Source of the DNA: Acinetobacter lwoffii
GTDB lineage: Bacteria > Pseudomonadota > Gammaproteobacteria > Pseudomonadales > Moraxellaceae
Assembly: GCA_963516025.1 (NCBI GenBank)
Contig: CAUPZU010000012.1
Location: 11,749 to 75,748, forward strand
Length of the DNA stretch: 64,000 nucleotides
Reading direction: 5' to 3'
The notes under the pieces are model-generated. The model worked only from the letters and a program-made list of their open reading frames with translations, made no database searches and had not been told where the DNA came from. A program made the translations under genes and the position numbers. Of this stretch, positions 33,131-44,683 are shown in pieces (the stretch's first letter is position 1; the number at the start of each line of letters is the position of its first letter).

Positions 33131-33586
33131 TTAAACCAAAGGCAATGCAGTCGTGCTTTTAACCGTTTGCAATGGAATTTCAGTTTTTACACTTTGAATG
33201 CAGGGAATTTGGGTTAAATGATGAATCTGAAATTTACGATAGGCATCCAGATCAGCCACCACAATTCTTAAAAAGAAATCACAATCGCCTGCCATTAACT
33301 GGCACTCGACGACTTCTGGCATTTCCTTGATCGCTTCGACAAATTGATCGACCACAGCAGCTTCTTGAGACTTGAGCCAGACGCGTGCAAACACGCTCAT
33401 CGCCAAATTGACCTTTTGTGGATTCAGCAGTGCGACATATTGCTCAATCACGCCATCATCTTCCAGCTGTTTTACCCGTCTTAAACAGGGTGATGGCGAC
33501 AAGCCAATCAGTTGAGCCAGTTCATTATTTTGCAGTTTTCCATTCTTTTGCAGCTCATTCAGAATGCGTTTATCTATTTGATCCAT
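33131..33586 (-). CDS. Lrp/AsnC family transcriptional regulator
   Basis: DQIDKRIL..LQ, GLSPSPCLRRVKQLE, MAGDCDF; divergent from azlCD. Confidence 0.92.
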   Translation of the reverse strand: MDQIDKRILNELQKNGKLQNNELAQLIGLSPSPCLRRVKQLEDDGVIEQYVALLNPQKVNLAMSVFARVWLKSQEAAVVDQFVEAIKEMPEVVECQLMAGDCDFFLRIVVADLDAYRKFQIHHLTQIPCIQSVKTEIPLQTVKSTTALPLV

Positions 33587-33733
33587 ATCTATGCTTTGGC
33601 ATTTAAAACCTCTTAAACTTAATTTAGCGCAATTTAATTTCAAATAAAACTCAAACCTCTTTCACTACAACAGCAAATAGCCTGAATATCGCCATAAAAT
33701 ATGGTTTAGTTTTGCAGTACCCAGGTCATTTCC

Positions 33734-34483
33734 ATGCTTTTGTTCAGACAAAGCACCGCAGCAATAGTTGCCCCTACCGATTTCAGTGAATTTCAACGTG
33801 GCATGAAAGATTCTATTCCCATGCTTTTAGGGATTATCCCCTTTGCGCTGGTGTTGGGTGCGACGGCAGTACAGAAGAATTTCAGCTTGCTCGAAGTGCC
33901 TTTACTGACAGGATTAAACTTTGCCGGCGGTTCTGAATTTGCCATTCTGGAAGTCTGGAGCAGTCCACCAAATTTACTCATGCTGATGTTCATTACCTTT
34001 CTGGTAAATAGCCGGCATCTGTTGATGGGCGCCAGTTTGGTGCCGTATTTAAAGCATCTTCCGAATCGTAAAGTTTTTCCGGCGCTGTTTTTTATGGTCG
34101 ATGAAAGCTGGGCACTCGGTCTGGCTGATGCACAAAGGAAACAGGCGCAACTGGGTTATCGTGCTGCGTTTAGCATGCCTTATTATGCCGGCCTGTGTTT
34201 TTGCCTGTACTTGATGTGGGTCGGATTTACCACACTCGGGGCCATGCTTGGACCTGTATTAGGCGACATCAACCGTTTTGGTTTTGATATGGCCTTTCCT
34301 GCTGTATTTCTGGTGTTACTAAGAAGTATGTGGAAAGGTTTTGAGGCTGCCCGGCCATGGCTGGTCAGTTTAGTCTGTGCGGCTTTGGCTTATTTATATT
34401 TACCTGCGGGCTGGTATGTGCCGATTGGCGCCTTGTCTGGAATCACTTCGGCATTTTTCCTGATTCAAGAGGATCAAGCATGA
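33734..34483 (+). CDS. AzlC family amino acid exporter
   Basis: NFAGGSEFA, VNSRHLLMG, DESWA, DMAFPAVF. Confidence 0.88.
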   Translation: MLLFRQSTAAIVAPTDFSEFQRGMKDSIPMLLGIIPFALVLGATAVQKNFSLLEVPLLTGLNFAGGSEFAILEVWSSPPNLLMLMFITFLVNSRHLLMGASLVPYLKHLPNRKVFPALFFMVDESWALGLADAQRKQAQLGYRAAFSMPYYAGLCFCLYLMWVGFTTLGAMLGPVLGDINRFGFDMAFPAVFLVLLRSMWKGFEAARPWLVSLVCAALAYLYLPAGWYVPIGALSGITSAFFLIQEDQA

Positions 34484-34779
34484 TCCAGATAAATACCTTG
34501 GTGGCCATTATTCTGATTGCTGTGACCACCTATTTAACCCGGCTCTTGGGCTATGTCTTATTAAAAAATAAAACGCTGACACAGCGCCAGCGAAAAATTC
34601 TGGAAGTAGTTCCCGGCTGCGTGCTGATTTCAGTGATTGCACCCTATTTTGTTCGAGACCATCCTGCAGACCTGATCGCCTTGGCTTTAACGCTATTTGC
34701 CGCTACGCGTTTTGGATTATTACCAACCGTCGCCATCAGTATGGTTTCTGCCGCAGTTTTAAGAATTTTAATCGTCTAA
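34480..34779 (+). CDS. AzlD family exporter small subunit
   Basis: ATGA overlap; TYLTRLLG, PGCVLISVIAP. Confidence 0.85.
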   Translation: MIQINTLVAIILIAVTTYLTRLLGYVLLKNKTLTQRQRKILEVVPGCVLISVIAPYFVRDHPADLIALALTLFAATRFGLLPTVAISMVSAAVLRILIV

Positions 34780-34823
34780 TACTCAAACAAAATCCCTTTA
34801 AATAATTTCTAAAGGGGTTTGGA

Positions 34824-35120
34824 TTATTTCTGTGGATCGACCACTTTGGTCAGCAAACTGACCAGTTCGGCATTTTGCAATTCAACCTGCTGAAGTTTGG
34901 CTGTGGTCTGATCCAGCACTTCCTGCTGCACATGCATTTTTTTGGCTAGATCCTGCATAATTTCCAGGGTCTTTTTCAAATTTTCTTCCAGATGCAAGAT
35001 TTTTTCTTCGACTGGCACGCCTTCCACGCTACGTGGTTCATCATTCTGATTAAACTGCAGCCAGATCAGAAAAATCACCGCCAAAGTCAGCAGTATAATA
35101 AATCCCCAAACTACCATCAT
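34824..35120 (-). CDS. Hypothetical membrane-anchored coiled-coil protein
   Basis: N-terminal TM followed by a heptad-rich helix. Confidence 0.7.
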   Translation of the reverse strand: MMVVWGFIILLTLAVIFLIWLQFNQNDEPRSVEGVPVEEKILHLEENLKKTLEIMQDLAKKMHVQQEVLDQTTAKLQQVELQNAELVSLLTKVVDPQK

Positions 35121-35312
35121 GTGCTTGCTCTTATTTCATTTTATTGTCTTTATCTTAACGAAAAATGCTGCGGATAACGTAAATAATTCAGCCTCGATTC
35201 CTGATTTTCGATCAATTACCGGCAAATTCTCTTAAAACATGGCTTGTAGAATATTTACAGGCAAGAAAAAAGCACCGTATCTTGGTGCTTTTGAGGTTTA
35301 GATGACCCGAAC

Positions 35313-36335
35313 TTAATGAAATGATTCACATAAATCCAGTAGACGGTTGGCATAGCCCCACTCGTTATCGTACCAGGCAAAGACTTTAGCTTGATGCCCG
35401 ACCACCAGAGTCTGGGTCAAATCCACAATCAATGAATATGGGGAATGATTAAAATCACTCGATACCAATGGCTCATCCGTCACAGCCATGATTTCCGCAA
35501 AATCCTGCTGGGCAGCCTTGATCAACACTTCATTCAGCTTGTGATCGGTAATCGGTGACTGGGAGACAAAGGTCAAATCAATCGCGGCCACATTAATGGT
35601 CGGCACCCGAATCGAATAACCATCAATACGATCTTCCATTTTAGGCATGACACGCTTTAAAGCACCGAGTGCGCTCGAAGTCGTAGGAATGATGTTATGG
35701 CCTGAAGCACGTGCACGACGTAAATCACGATGTGCATGATCCAGTACCGATTGATCCGCCGTGACAGCATGGATTTCAGTCATCAGGGCGCTACTGATCC
35801 CAAAAGCATCATCGACAATTTTGACCAGTGGCACCAAAGCCTGAGTGGTACAAGACACGCTGGAAATGATTTGATCCGATGCTTTGACTTCATGATGATT
35901 GATACCATAGACAATCGCGGCATCGACCGTATCAAAAGGCGCGGCACCGATAATCACACGTTTCGCTCCTGCCACAATATGCTGGGTCGCGGCTTCACGA
36001 GAACGGAACAGTCCGGTACATTCAAGCACTACATCTACCGTCAAGTTTTGCCAAGGCAACTTAGCCGGCTGCGACTCACACAAAACCTGTACTTTTAAAG
36101 CGGCATCCTGATAGCTGATATGCATATAGATATGTTCAGCATCATAGCTGAGATCCACCTGCCCCGGAAAACGGCCATGGGTCGAATCATATTTAAACAG
36201 ATGAATTAGGGTTTCAACATCAGCAATATCGTTAATGGCAACGATTTCAAAATTAAAATCTTTCGGATTTTCAAACCATGCACGCAGTACATTCCGCCCA
36301 ATACGCCCAAATCCATTGATTGCCACTCGTTGCAT
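35313..36335 (-). CDS. epd: GAPDH-family dehydrogenase, likely erythrose-4-phosphate dehydrogenase-like
   Basis: INGFGRIGR, YDSTHG, SCTTQ, HRDLRRARA, WYDNEWGYANR. Epd versus GapA is not resolved. Confidence 0.6.
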   Translation of the reverse strand: MQRVAINGFGRIGRNVLRAWFENPKDFNFEIVAINDIADVETLIHLFKYDSTHGRFPGQVDLSYDAEHIYMHISYQDAALKVQVLCESQPAKLPWQNLTVDVVLECTGLFRSREAATQHIVAGAKRVIIGAAPFDTVDAAIVYGINHHEVKASDQIISSVSCTTQALVPLVKIVDDAFGISSALMTEIHAVTADQSVLDHAHRDLRRARASGHNIIPTTSSALGALKRVMPKMEDRIDGYSIRVPTINVAAIDLTFVSQSPITDHKLNEVLIKAAQQDFAEIMAVTDEPLVSSDFNHSPYSLIVDLTQTLVVGHQAKVFAWYDNEWGYANRLLDLCESFH

Positions 36336-36738
36336 GACTCGACCTTTTATATGCCTATTTTAAAACTCTTCTATGTTAAAGGATTTCTGGCGCCGTACAT
36401 TAAAAAACTTCAGAGAAAATACTGATTTTCGATTATTTTATTTCTGATCCATCCGTCTGTATCTGGGTCATTTAAAATTCCAGTTATTTTTAATGTGATG
36501 GATATCCACGAATTCTACTGTGGGAAAATTCAATTTAATTATTCAGCGAAAAACCTGAGTAAATAAATCCTTCGCAATTGGTTTTAAAATGATTGGTGCC
36601 TACTGCTTTTTCCGTTATAATTTGGCGTTTTAAATTTTTAAGCCCCGCATTGCAGCAGAGCTCTTGTATGCTTGTCAGACTGTGGTGTTTTAGCCAAATC
36701 GGAAATTATGGAGTGACTTGGTTGTGAGTACTCGTTTT

Positions 36739-39417
36739 ATGACATCAGCTGAAATTCGTGAAGCATTTTTGCGTTACTTTGAATCGCAAGGGCATACACG
36801 TGTCGCGTCGAGTTCTCTAGTACCTGCCAATGACCCAACTTTGCTGTTCACCAATGCTGGTATGAACCAGTTTAAAGATTGCTTCTTAGGTCTAGAAAAA
36901 CGCGATTATGTACGTGCAGTGTCATCACAAAAATGCGTGCGCGCAGGTGGTAAGCACAACGACTTGGACAATGTGGGTTATACAGCACGTCACCACACTT
37001 TCTTTGAAATGTTAGGTAACTTTTCATTTGGTGATTACTTCAAACGTGATGCGATCAAATTTGCCTGGGACTTTTTGACTAACGAAGAATGGCTTGGTCT
37101 TCCTAAAGATAAACTCTATGCAACCGTTTACCACACCGATGATGAAGCCTTTGACATCTGGAACAAAGAAATCGGTCTAGACGCTTCACGCATTATTCGT
37201 ATTGGTGACAACAAAGGCGGTCAATACGCATCAGATAACTTCTGGGCAATGGGTGACACCGGTCCTTGTGGTCCATGTTCTGAAATCTTCTTTGACCATG
37301 GCGATCATATCTGGGGTGGCTTACCGGGTTCTCCTGAAGAAGATGGCGACCGTTTCATTGAAATCTGGAACAACGTTTTCATGCAGTTCAACCGTACTGC
37401 GGATGGCGTATTACACCCTCTTCCAGCGCCTTCTGTGGATACAGGTATGGGCTTGGAGCGTATTTCTGCCGTTTTACAGCACGTCAACTCAAACTACGAA
37501 ATTGACTTATTCCAGCATTTACTTAAAGCTGCGGCTGAAATTATTGGTCTGGATACTACAGCGCTTGAAGCTGAAGCTGCTGAGAAAGGCACACCAGTTC
37601 AGTATCCTGCTTCATTGAAAGTCGTTGCTGACCATGCACGTTCATGTTCATTCCTGATTGCTGATGGCGTAAACCCATCGAATGAAGGTCGTGGTTATGT
37701 ACTGCGTCGTATTATCCGTCGTGCAGTACGTCATGGTAACAAATTAGGCGCAACAGGTTCGTTCTTCCACAAAATGTTGAAGCCACTGATCGAAGTGATG
37801 GGCGATGCATACCCTGAACTTGCTGCTCAACAAGCACGTATCGAAGCACAACTTCTTAAAGAAGAAGAACAATTTGCCAAAACACTTGAGCAAGGTTTGA
37901 AATTGCTTGAAGGCGAATTGGCACAGTTAAAAGGTTCTGTGATTCCGGGCGAAGTGGTATTTAAACTTTACGACACTTATGGTTTCCCGACTGACTTGAC
38001 TGCTGACATCGCACGTGAACGTGACTTAACCATTGATGAAGCTGGTTTCGAAACTGAAATGGCTGCACAGCGTCAACGCGCACGTGATGCAGGTAAATTC
38101 GCGATCGACTACAACAGCGTAGTTAAAGTTGAAGGCGAAACTCAGTTTGATGGTTATGACGCAACTGCAGGTGAAGGTCAAATCATCGCAATCTACAAAG
38201 ATGGCGAGCAAGTTGATGAAGTGTTTGAAGGCGATGAAGCACTGATCGTACTCAACCAAACACCTTTCTACGCAGAAAGCGGCGGTCAAATCGGTGATAC
38301 AGGTATCTTTAAAAACGATACTGGTATTTTCGAAGTTCAAGATACCAAGAAATCTGGTGGTGCATTTGTACACCAAGGTATCGTGACTATGGGTAACTTG
38401 AAAGTTACTCAAAATGTAGAAGCAACGGTTAAAGCAGACATTCGTGCAGCAACGGCACGTAACCACTCTGCGACTCACCTGCTACATGCTGCATTACGTC
38501 AAATTTTAGGTTCACATGTACAGCAAAAAGGTTCATTGGTTGCATCTGACGTGTTACGTTTTGACTTTGCCAACGACCAGCCTGTAAGCTTTGAACAGCT
38601 GCAAGAAATTGAACGCTTGGTCAATGCTGAAGTGATTGCCAATACTGCGGTGTCTACTGAACTTCTGGATATCGAGTCTGCGAAGGCTAAAGGCGCGATG
38701 ATGCTGTTTGGTGAGAAATATGGTGACGAAGTACGTGTACTGTCTATGGGTTCAGTGATTGAAGAGAAAAACTTCTCAATCGAACTTTGCGGTGGTATTC
38801 ACGTAAAACGTACCGGTGATATCGGTCTGTTCAAAATCACCTCTGAAGGTGGTGTGGCAGCCGGTGTACGTCGTATTGAAGCAGTAACAGGCACTAAAGC
38901 AGTTGAAGTTGCGCAAAAAGCCGATCGCGATATCAATACGATTAACGGTTTGCTCAAAGCACAAAAAGACCAGACTTTAGAAAAAGTTGAAGCGTTGGTT
39001 GATACTGCATCGAGCTTGCAGAAACAGATCGAACAACTCAATCAAAAACTTGCTAGCCTGCAAGCCGGTGAACTTCTAAGCCAAGTTCAAAGCATTGCAG
39101 GTCGTGCAACCTTGATTACAACTGTTGAAAACATGGATGCGAAAGCACTTCGCAACCTGCACGACGGTGTGAAATCAAAATTAGAAAATGCAGTGATTGT
39201 TCTTGCAGGTGTAGAGGGTGACAAGGTGAGCTTGATCGCATCTGTGGCAAAAGACTTTACTGCTTCTATTAAAGCAGGTGACATCATCAAACATTTGGCA
39301 ACTGAGCTAGGTGGTAAAGGTGGTGGTAAACCTGACTTGGCACAAGGTGGCGCGCCACTTAACGAGAAGTTTGCTCCAGTGATGGCAGATTTAACTGCCT
39401 GGCTTGCAGCAAAATAA
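36739..39417 (+). CDS. alaS: Alanine--tRNA ligase
   Basis: [56 protein letters not shown]. Confidence 0.98.
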   Translation: MTSAEIREAFLRYFESQGHTRVASSSLVPANDPTLLFTNAGMNQFKDCFLGLEKRDYVRAVSSQKCVRAGGKHNDLDNVGYTARHHTFFEMLGNFSFGDYFKRDAIKFAWDFLTNEEWLGLPKDKLYATVYHTDDEAFDIWNKEIGLDASRIIRIGDNKGGQYASDNFWAMGDTGPCGPCSEIFFDHGDHIWGGLPGSPEEDGDRFIEIWNNVFMQFNRTADGVLHPLPAPSVDTGMGLERISAVLQHVNSNYEIDLFQHLLKAAAEIIGLDTTALEAEAAEKGTPVQYPASLKVVADHARSCSFLIADGVNPSNEGRGYVLRRIIRRAVRHGNKLGATGSFFHKMLKPLIEVMGDAYPELAAQQARIEAQLLKEEEQFAKTLEQGLKLLEGELAQLKGSVIPGEVVFKLYDTYGFPTDLTADIARERDLTIDEAGFETEMAAQRQRARDAGKFAIDYNSVVKVEGETQFDGYDATAGEGQIIAIYKDGEQVDEVFEGDEALIVLNQTPFYAESGGQIGDTGIFKNDTGIFEVQDTKKSGGAFVHQGIVTMGNLKVTQNVEATVKADIRAATARNHSATHLLHAALRQILGSHVQQKGSLVASDVLRFDFANDQPVSFEQLQEIERLVNAEVIANTAVSTELLDIESAKAKGAMMLFGEKYGDEVRVLSMGSVIEEKNFSIELCGGIHVKRTGDIGLFKITSEGGVAAGVRRIEAVTGTKAVEVAQKADRDINTINGLLKAQKDQTLEKVEALVDTASSLQKQIEQLNQKLASLQAGELLSQVQSIAGRATLITTVENMDAKALRNLHDGVKSKLENAVIVLAGVEGDKVSLIASVAKDFTASIKAGDIIKHLATELGGKGGGKPDLAQGGAPLNEKFAPVMADLTAWLAAK

Positions 39418-39481
39418 AACTTCAATTTTGTGTAACTGACCCTGATAGGTATATCAGGGTCATGGCTTATATGGAACAACT

Positions 39482-40762
39482 ATGGCATTAATCGTTCAAA
39501 AATATGGCGGTACCTCTATGGGTACTCCCGAGCGCATTTTAAATGTTGCTCGTCGTGTAAAGCGCTGGCATGACCACGGCCACAAGGTAGTGGTAGTGGT
39601 ATCAGCAATGAGTGGCGAAACCAATCGTCTACTTGCTTTAGCGAAGGCCATTACCGAAACCCCTGACCCACGTGAACTAGACCAAATGGTATCTACGGGT
39701 GAACAGGTTACGATTTCTATGTTAGCAATGGCGCTGAACTCAATTGGAGTTGAAGCAAAATCACTAACAGGTCGCCAGGTTGGCATGAAAACCGACAGCT
39801 CATTCAATAAGGCACGTATCGAATCCATTGATACTGAAGTCCTGAACTCAAATCTGGATGCAGGCCGCGTACTTGTCGTTGCCGGTTTCCAGGGTTTTGA
39901 TGAACATGGCAATACCACTACTTTAGGGCGTGGCGGTTCTGATACTTCAGGTGTTGCAATTGCTGCCGCCCTCAAAGCAGATGAATGCCAAATTTATACC
40001 GACGTTGACGGTGTATATACCACCGATCCACGTGTTGCACCAAAAGCAAAAAAAGTTGATCGTATTTCATTTGAAGAAATGCTTGAGATGGCGTCACTCG
40101 GTTCGAAAGTCCTGCAAATTCGTTCAGTTGAATTTGCTGGCAAATACCAAGTGCCTTTACGCGTATTATCAAGCTTCGACAATGACAACGATGGCGCATT
40201 CGACGAAGAGTTTAAGCAAAACGTTGGTACACTTATTACGACTGAATTGGAAGACAATATGGAACAGCCAATTATCTCCGGTATCGCATTTAACCGTGAC
40301 GAAGCAAAATTAACTATTTTAGGCGTGCCTGACGAACCGGGTATTGCTTCTAAAATTTTGTGCCCGATTGGTGATGCCAATGTTGAAGTGGATATGATTA
40401 TCCAGAACGTTGAAGAAGATGGTACAACTGATTTCACTTTTACTGTGAACCGTGGCGAATTAAATAAAGCCAAAGCTATTCTTGAAGCAACTGCTCAAGA
40501 AATTGGTGCACGTGAAGTTGCGACCCGTTCAGATATCGTGAAAGTATCGATCGTAGGTGTCGGTATGCGTTCACATGCCGGTGTAGCGAGCAAAATGTTT
40601 ACAGCATTGGCAGATGAAGGTATTAACATCCTGATGATCTCGACGTCTGAAATCAAGATTTCTGTGATCATTGAAGAAAATTATCTTGAACTTGCGGTTC
40701 GTTCATTGCATACCGCATTCGGTTTAGACCGTGAACAAGGCGAATCTAGCGCACGTGCTTAA
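39482..40762 (+). CDS. lysC: Aspartate kinase
   Basis: VQKYGGTS, TLGRGGSDTS, TDVDGVYTTDPR, two ACT domains. Confidence 0.96.
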   Translation: MALIVQKYGGTSMGTPERILNVARRVKRWHDHGHKVVVVVSAMSGETNRLLALAKAITETPDPRELDQMVSTGEQVTISMLAMALNSIGVEAKSLTGRQVGMKTDSSFNKARIESIDTEVLNSNLDAGRVLVVAGFQGFDEHGNTTTLGRGGSDTSGVAIAAALKADECQIYTDVDGVYTTDPRVAPKAKKVDRISFEEMLEMASLGSKVLQIRSVEFAGKYQVPLRVLSSFDNDNDGAFDEEFKQNVGTLITTELEDNMEQPIISGIAFNRDEAKLTILGVPDEPGIASKILCPIGDANVEVDMIIQNVEEDGTTDFTFTVNRGELNKAKAILEATAQEIGAREVATRSDIVKVSIVGVGMRSHAGVASKMFTALADEGINILMISTSEIKISVIIEENYLELAVRSLHTAFGLDREQGESSARA

Positions 40763-41012
40763 GCGTTAAGATAGAATATTGTCATTGTTTGACAGTATTT
40801 TATAAAAGTCTACAAAAATGCAGAGCCACTATAGTTTTTTTTATAGTGGCTCTGTTATATTAAGCCTGAGGATTTTTAACCAGCTGAGATAGATTAAAAT
40901 CTTTCACCCAGATGACAGAATTTCTATCCAGATCTTATTTTGTAATTTTTGGTTGTGCTTTTTGTTTTATATTCAATAGATTGCAGGTTTTGCATTTTGC
41001 AAGGAGAAAAAC

Positions 41013-41267
41013 ATGCTGATTCTGACTCGACGCGTCGGGGAAACTTTAATGATTGGTGATCAAGTCAGTGTGACTGTGCTTGGTGTAAAAGGTAACCAGG
41101 TTCGTATCGGGGTAAATGCTCCGAAAGAAGTCTCTGTGCACCGTGAAGAGATTTACCAGCGTATCCAGCATGAACGTGCAATGCATGAACATCTTCAACA
41201 TATCGATCAAGATTACCAACCTTCTTATGAAGACGATAGCCAGACACAAAATAACTTTAACCGTTAA
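41013..41267 (+). CDS. csrA: Carbon storage regulator CsrA with a C-terminal extension
   Basis: [16 protein letters not shown]...[19 protein letters not shown]. Confidence 0.97.
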   Translation: MLILTRRVGETLMIGDQVSVTVLGVKGNQVRIGVNAPKEVSVHREEIYQRIQHERAMHEHLQHIDQDYQPSYEDDSQTQNNFNR

Positions 41268-41283
41268 TGTTTGTGCGAAGAAT

Positions 41284-41306
41284 AAAGCGGCTTTTGAGCC
41301 GCTTTA
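41284..41306. terminator. Terminator between csrA and rnhB
   Basis: AAAGCGGCT-TTTG-AGCCGCTTT. Confidence 0.7.
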
Positions 41307-41362
41307 AATTTGTCTAAATTTTATACAAAAATATTAAATACTTAGATAATTTAAAATAAAAC

Positions 41363-41950
41363 TTAAAGTTCTGCACCCTGCTGTAATGCTGCAATCACCT
41401 TTTTTACCGGCCCAAAACTGCGACGATGCTCATCAATCAGGCCATGTAAGGCAATCGCTTCAAAATGTGCCTTGGTCGGATAACCCTTGTGCTTGGCAAA
41501 GCCAAATTGCGGATGCTTCTGGTCCATCTCGATCATCTGATGATCACGGGTTACTTTCGCCAGAATACTGGCTGCTGAAATTTCAGCATGCAGTGCATCA
41601 CCACCCACCACGGCATCACAGCTCATAGCAAGGCCCTGTGGAATCTTGTTGCCATCGACCAATACATGCTCAGGCTGAACTGGCAAAGCTTCTACAGCAC
41701 GGCGCATGGCCAGCAAAGAAGCTTGCAAAATATTATGTTCATCAATCTCTGCCGCAGAAGCCTCAGCAATGGCCCATGCCAGCGCTTTTTCCTGAATCTC
41801 GATAAAAAGTTTTTCACGCTTCTTTTCAGTGAGTTTTTTAGAATCATTTAAACCCTCAATCGGGTTGTTCGGATCCAAAATAACTGCCGCAGCGACCACC
41901 GAACCCACTAATGGCCCACGCCCTGCTTCATCTACACCAGCAATCTTCAT
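41363..41950 (-). CDS. rnhB: Ribonuclease HII
   Basis: [37 protein letters not shown]. Confidence 0.97.
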   Translation of the reverse strand: MKIAGVDEAGRGPLVGSVVAAAVILDPNNPIEGLNDSKKLTEKKREKLFIEIQEKALAWAIAEASAAEIDEHNILQASLLAMRRAVEALPVQPEHVLVDGNKIPQGLAMSCDAVVGGDALHAEISAASILAKVTRDHQMIEMDQKHPQFGFAKHKGYPTKAHFEAIALHGLIDEHRRSFGPVKKVIAALQQGAEL

Positions 41951-42009
41951 GTCTATTTTTCCATAAAAAATAGGCTGAACCAGTCAGCCTATTTCAATTT
42001 AATCTTGGC

Positions 42010-42381
42010 TTAGTTTACAGCTTCAGCTACACAAGCGTTAATGGTTTTTGCAACCACATTGCCGACAATCGTCGCACGTGCTGCCGGGTCAATCGCTGCA
42101 GTCGCCAAATCTACCGCTGTTACGCTTTGGGGTGCTTTTTCGCTGACACAGCCACAAATTTCAGTCTGGATATTCTGCTTTTGGGTCGTAGTCATTAGAC
42201 GTGTAGCTGTTTGCCATGCTGGAATATTATTCAGCTCAGTCGTACATTTTGCATTGATCGCGATTTTAAGCGCAGCCCCACCCAGCTGTTGAGTCGTGGT
42301 TTGCGTTTCAGGGCTGCCTGTTGTTGCACAAGCCGATAAAACCAAAGTAAGCGGAGCAAGTGCAGCCAATAATTTTTTCAC
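42010..42381 (-). CDS. Hypothetical four-Cys lipoprotein (paralog of 43206..43559)
   Basis: Lipobox LSAC; C..EL, W, CGCV.E.A, C-terminal C. Confidence 0.75.
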   Translation of the reverse strand: MKKLLAALAPLTLVLSACATTGSPETQTTTQQLGGAALKIAINAKCTTELNNIPAWQTATRLMTTTQKQNIQTEICGCVSEKAPQSVTAVDLATAAIDPAARATIVGNVVAKTINACVAEAVN

Positions 42382-42598
42382 AGATCTGTTCCTTGTTTAT
42401 TCATATATGAAGCGTGACGCTATTGTGCCGAAATTCACCTGAATAAGAAATCTATAAATCATCCTGAATGTTTAATCTGCACCCAGCAATTTCAATAGAT
42501 GTTGCATGAAAGCCACCATAGCGTTGCAGATTTGGAATTGCTGAGTTGATTCGCCCTTTGCTAAGGTGCATTCATCTTTGAGGGCAATCGAAAATCAC

Positions 42599-43162
42599 AT
42601 GGAAAAAGTACAATATTACACGCGCACGGCACAATGGCTGCACTTGATCATGGCAGTTATCTTTATTGCGGCCTGGCTGATTGGTTTTTATAGTGGGAAT
42701 TTTTTAAGTTATGAAGTCGATGGCAGCTTTAAAGGCGATGTCATCACCCTGCATAAAAATATCGCCACCACCATTATTTTCCTACTGGTTGTGCGAATTT
42801 TCTGGCGTTATACCCACCCTGCCCCTGAACTACCGGACACTATGTCACCCCGGATGAAAACTTTGGCACATGCAGGTCATCTGGCTTTGTATTTTATGCT
42901 GATTGCCCTACCTGTCACCGGCTGTTTATATAGCTGGAGTCTGGGCTATCCAGCACCAGTGCTATATTTATTTAACCTGCCGGCACTGATTTCAGAAAAT
43001 CCGGCTGTAACCGCGATCGTAAAACCCCTGCATATCTGGCTTTCCTGGGCAGTTGGCTTACTTTTAGTTGGACATATTTTCGCAGCACTGAAACATCATT
43101 TTATCGATAAAGATCATGTACTCAACAGCATGACCCGACAATCCAAATCTTCTAAAAAATAA
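42599..43162 (+). CDS. Cytochrome b561 (CybB/YceJ family)
   Basis: WLHLIMA, LHKNI, GHLALY, LHIWL, GHIFAALKHHF. Confidence 0.9.
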   Translation: MEKVQYYTRTAQWLHLIMAVIFIAAWLIGFYSGNFLSYEVDGSFKGDVITLHKNIATTIIFLLVVRIFWRYTHPAPELPDTMSPRMKTLAHAGHLALYFMLIALPVTGCLYSWSLGYPAPVLYLFNLPALISENPAVTAIVKPLHIWLSWAVGLLLVGHIFAALKHHFIDKDHVLNSMTRQSKSSKK

Positions 43163-43205
43163 TCTGCAAAACCACACTCAATCAGCTTTCATTGCAAAGC
43201 TGATT

Positions 43206-43559
43206 TTATTTTAAGAACTCGGTCATGCAGCCTTTCAGACTGTTTGCAATAGCCTGTTGCGTGAGTTTTGACTTTACTTCTTCATCCAGAGTCGCTTTCA
43301 GTAAAGTACTGGCTGGAATATCCTTGAGTGCATGCTCACCTACACATGAACAGACATTCTGTTCAAGTTCAGCTTTATTTTTGTCCTGCATAAAATAGGT
43401 CGAGGCGGTCCAGAATTTAGACGCTTTCAACTCTTTTGCACATTGGTATTCAATCACGGGTTTTAAAGTACCCTGTGTCAAAGTCATATCCGTATTTGAG
43501 CAAGCGGCAATCAACAAGGTACTGATGAGCAGAATTACATGTTTCAATTTCATATCCAT
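43206..43559 (-). CDS. Hypothetical four-Cys lipoprotein (paralog of 42010..42381)
   Basis: Lipobox IAAC; C..EL, W, CSCV.E.A, C-terminal C. Confidence 0.75.
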   Translation of the reverse strand: MDMKLKHVILLISTLLIAACSNTDMTLTQGTLKPVIEYQCAKELKASKFWTASTYFMQDKNKAELEQNVCSCVGEHALKDIPASTLLKATLDEEVKSKLTQQAIANSLKGCMTEFLK

Positions 43560-43605
43560 CTATAAAAAACAAAGGCAGAGCGTACCCTGCCTGTTATCTA
43601 AAAAC

Positions 43606-44616
<1,011 letters not shown>

Positions 44617-44683
44617 TCATGAAACCTAAAATAATAAAAAAAGGGTGCAAACTGAGTTTACACCCTTTCCAAATCTAGAAAAA

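Noticed and set aside
39496..40473. Long antisense ORFs within lysC (and similar ones in ychF, alaS, aroA)
   Set aside because: Codon-bias shadows of well-supported housekeeping genes.
41268..41362. Expected tRNA-Ser after csrA
   Set aside because: No cloverleaf or GGTTCGAATCC-like T-arm; only a terminator hairpin.
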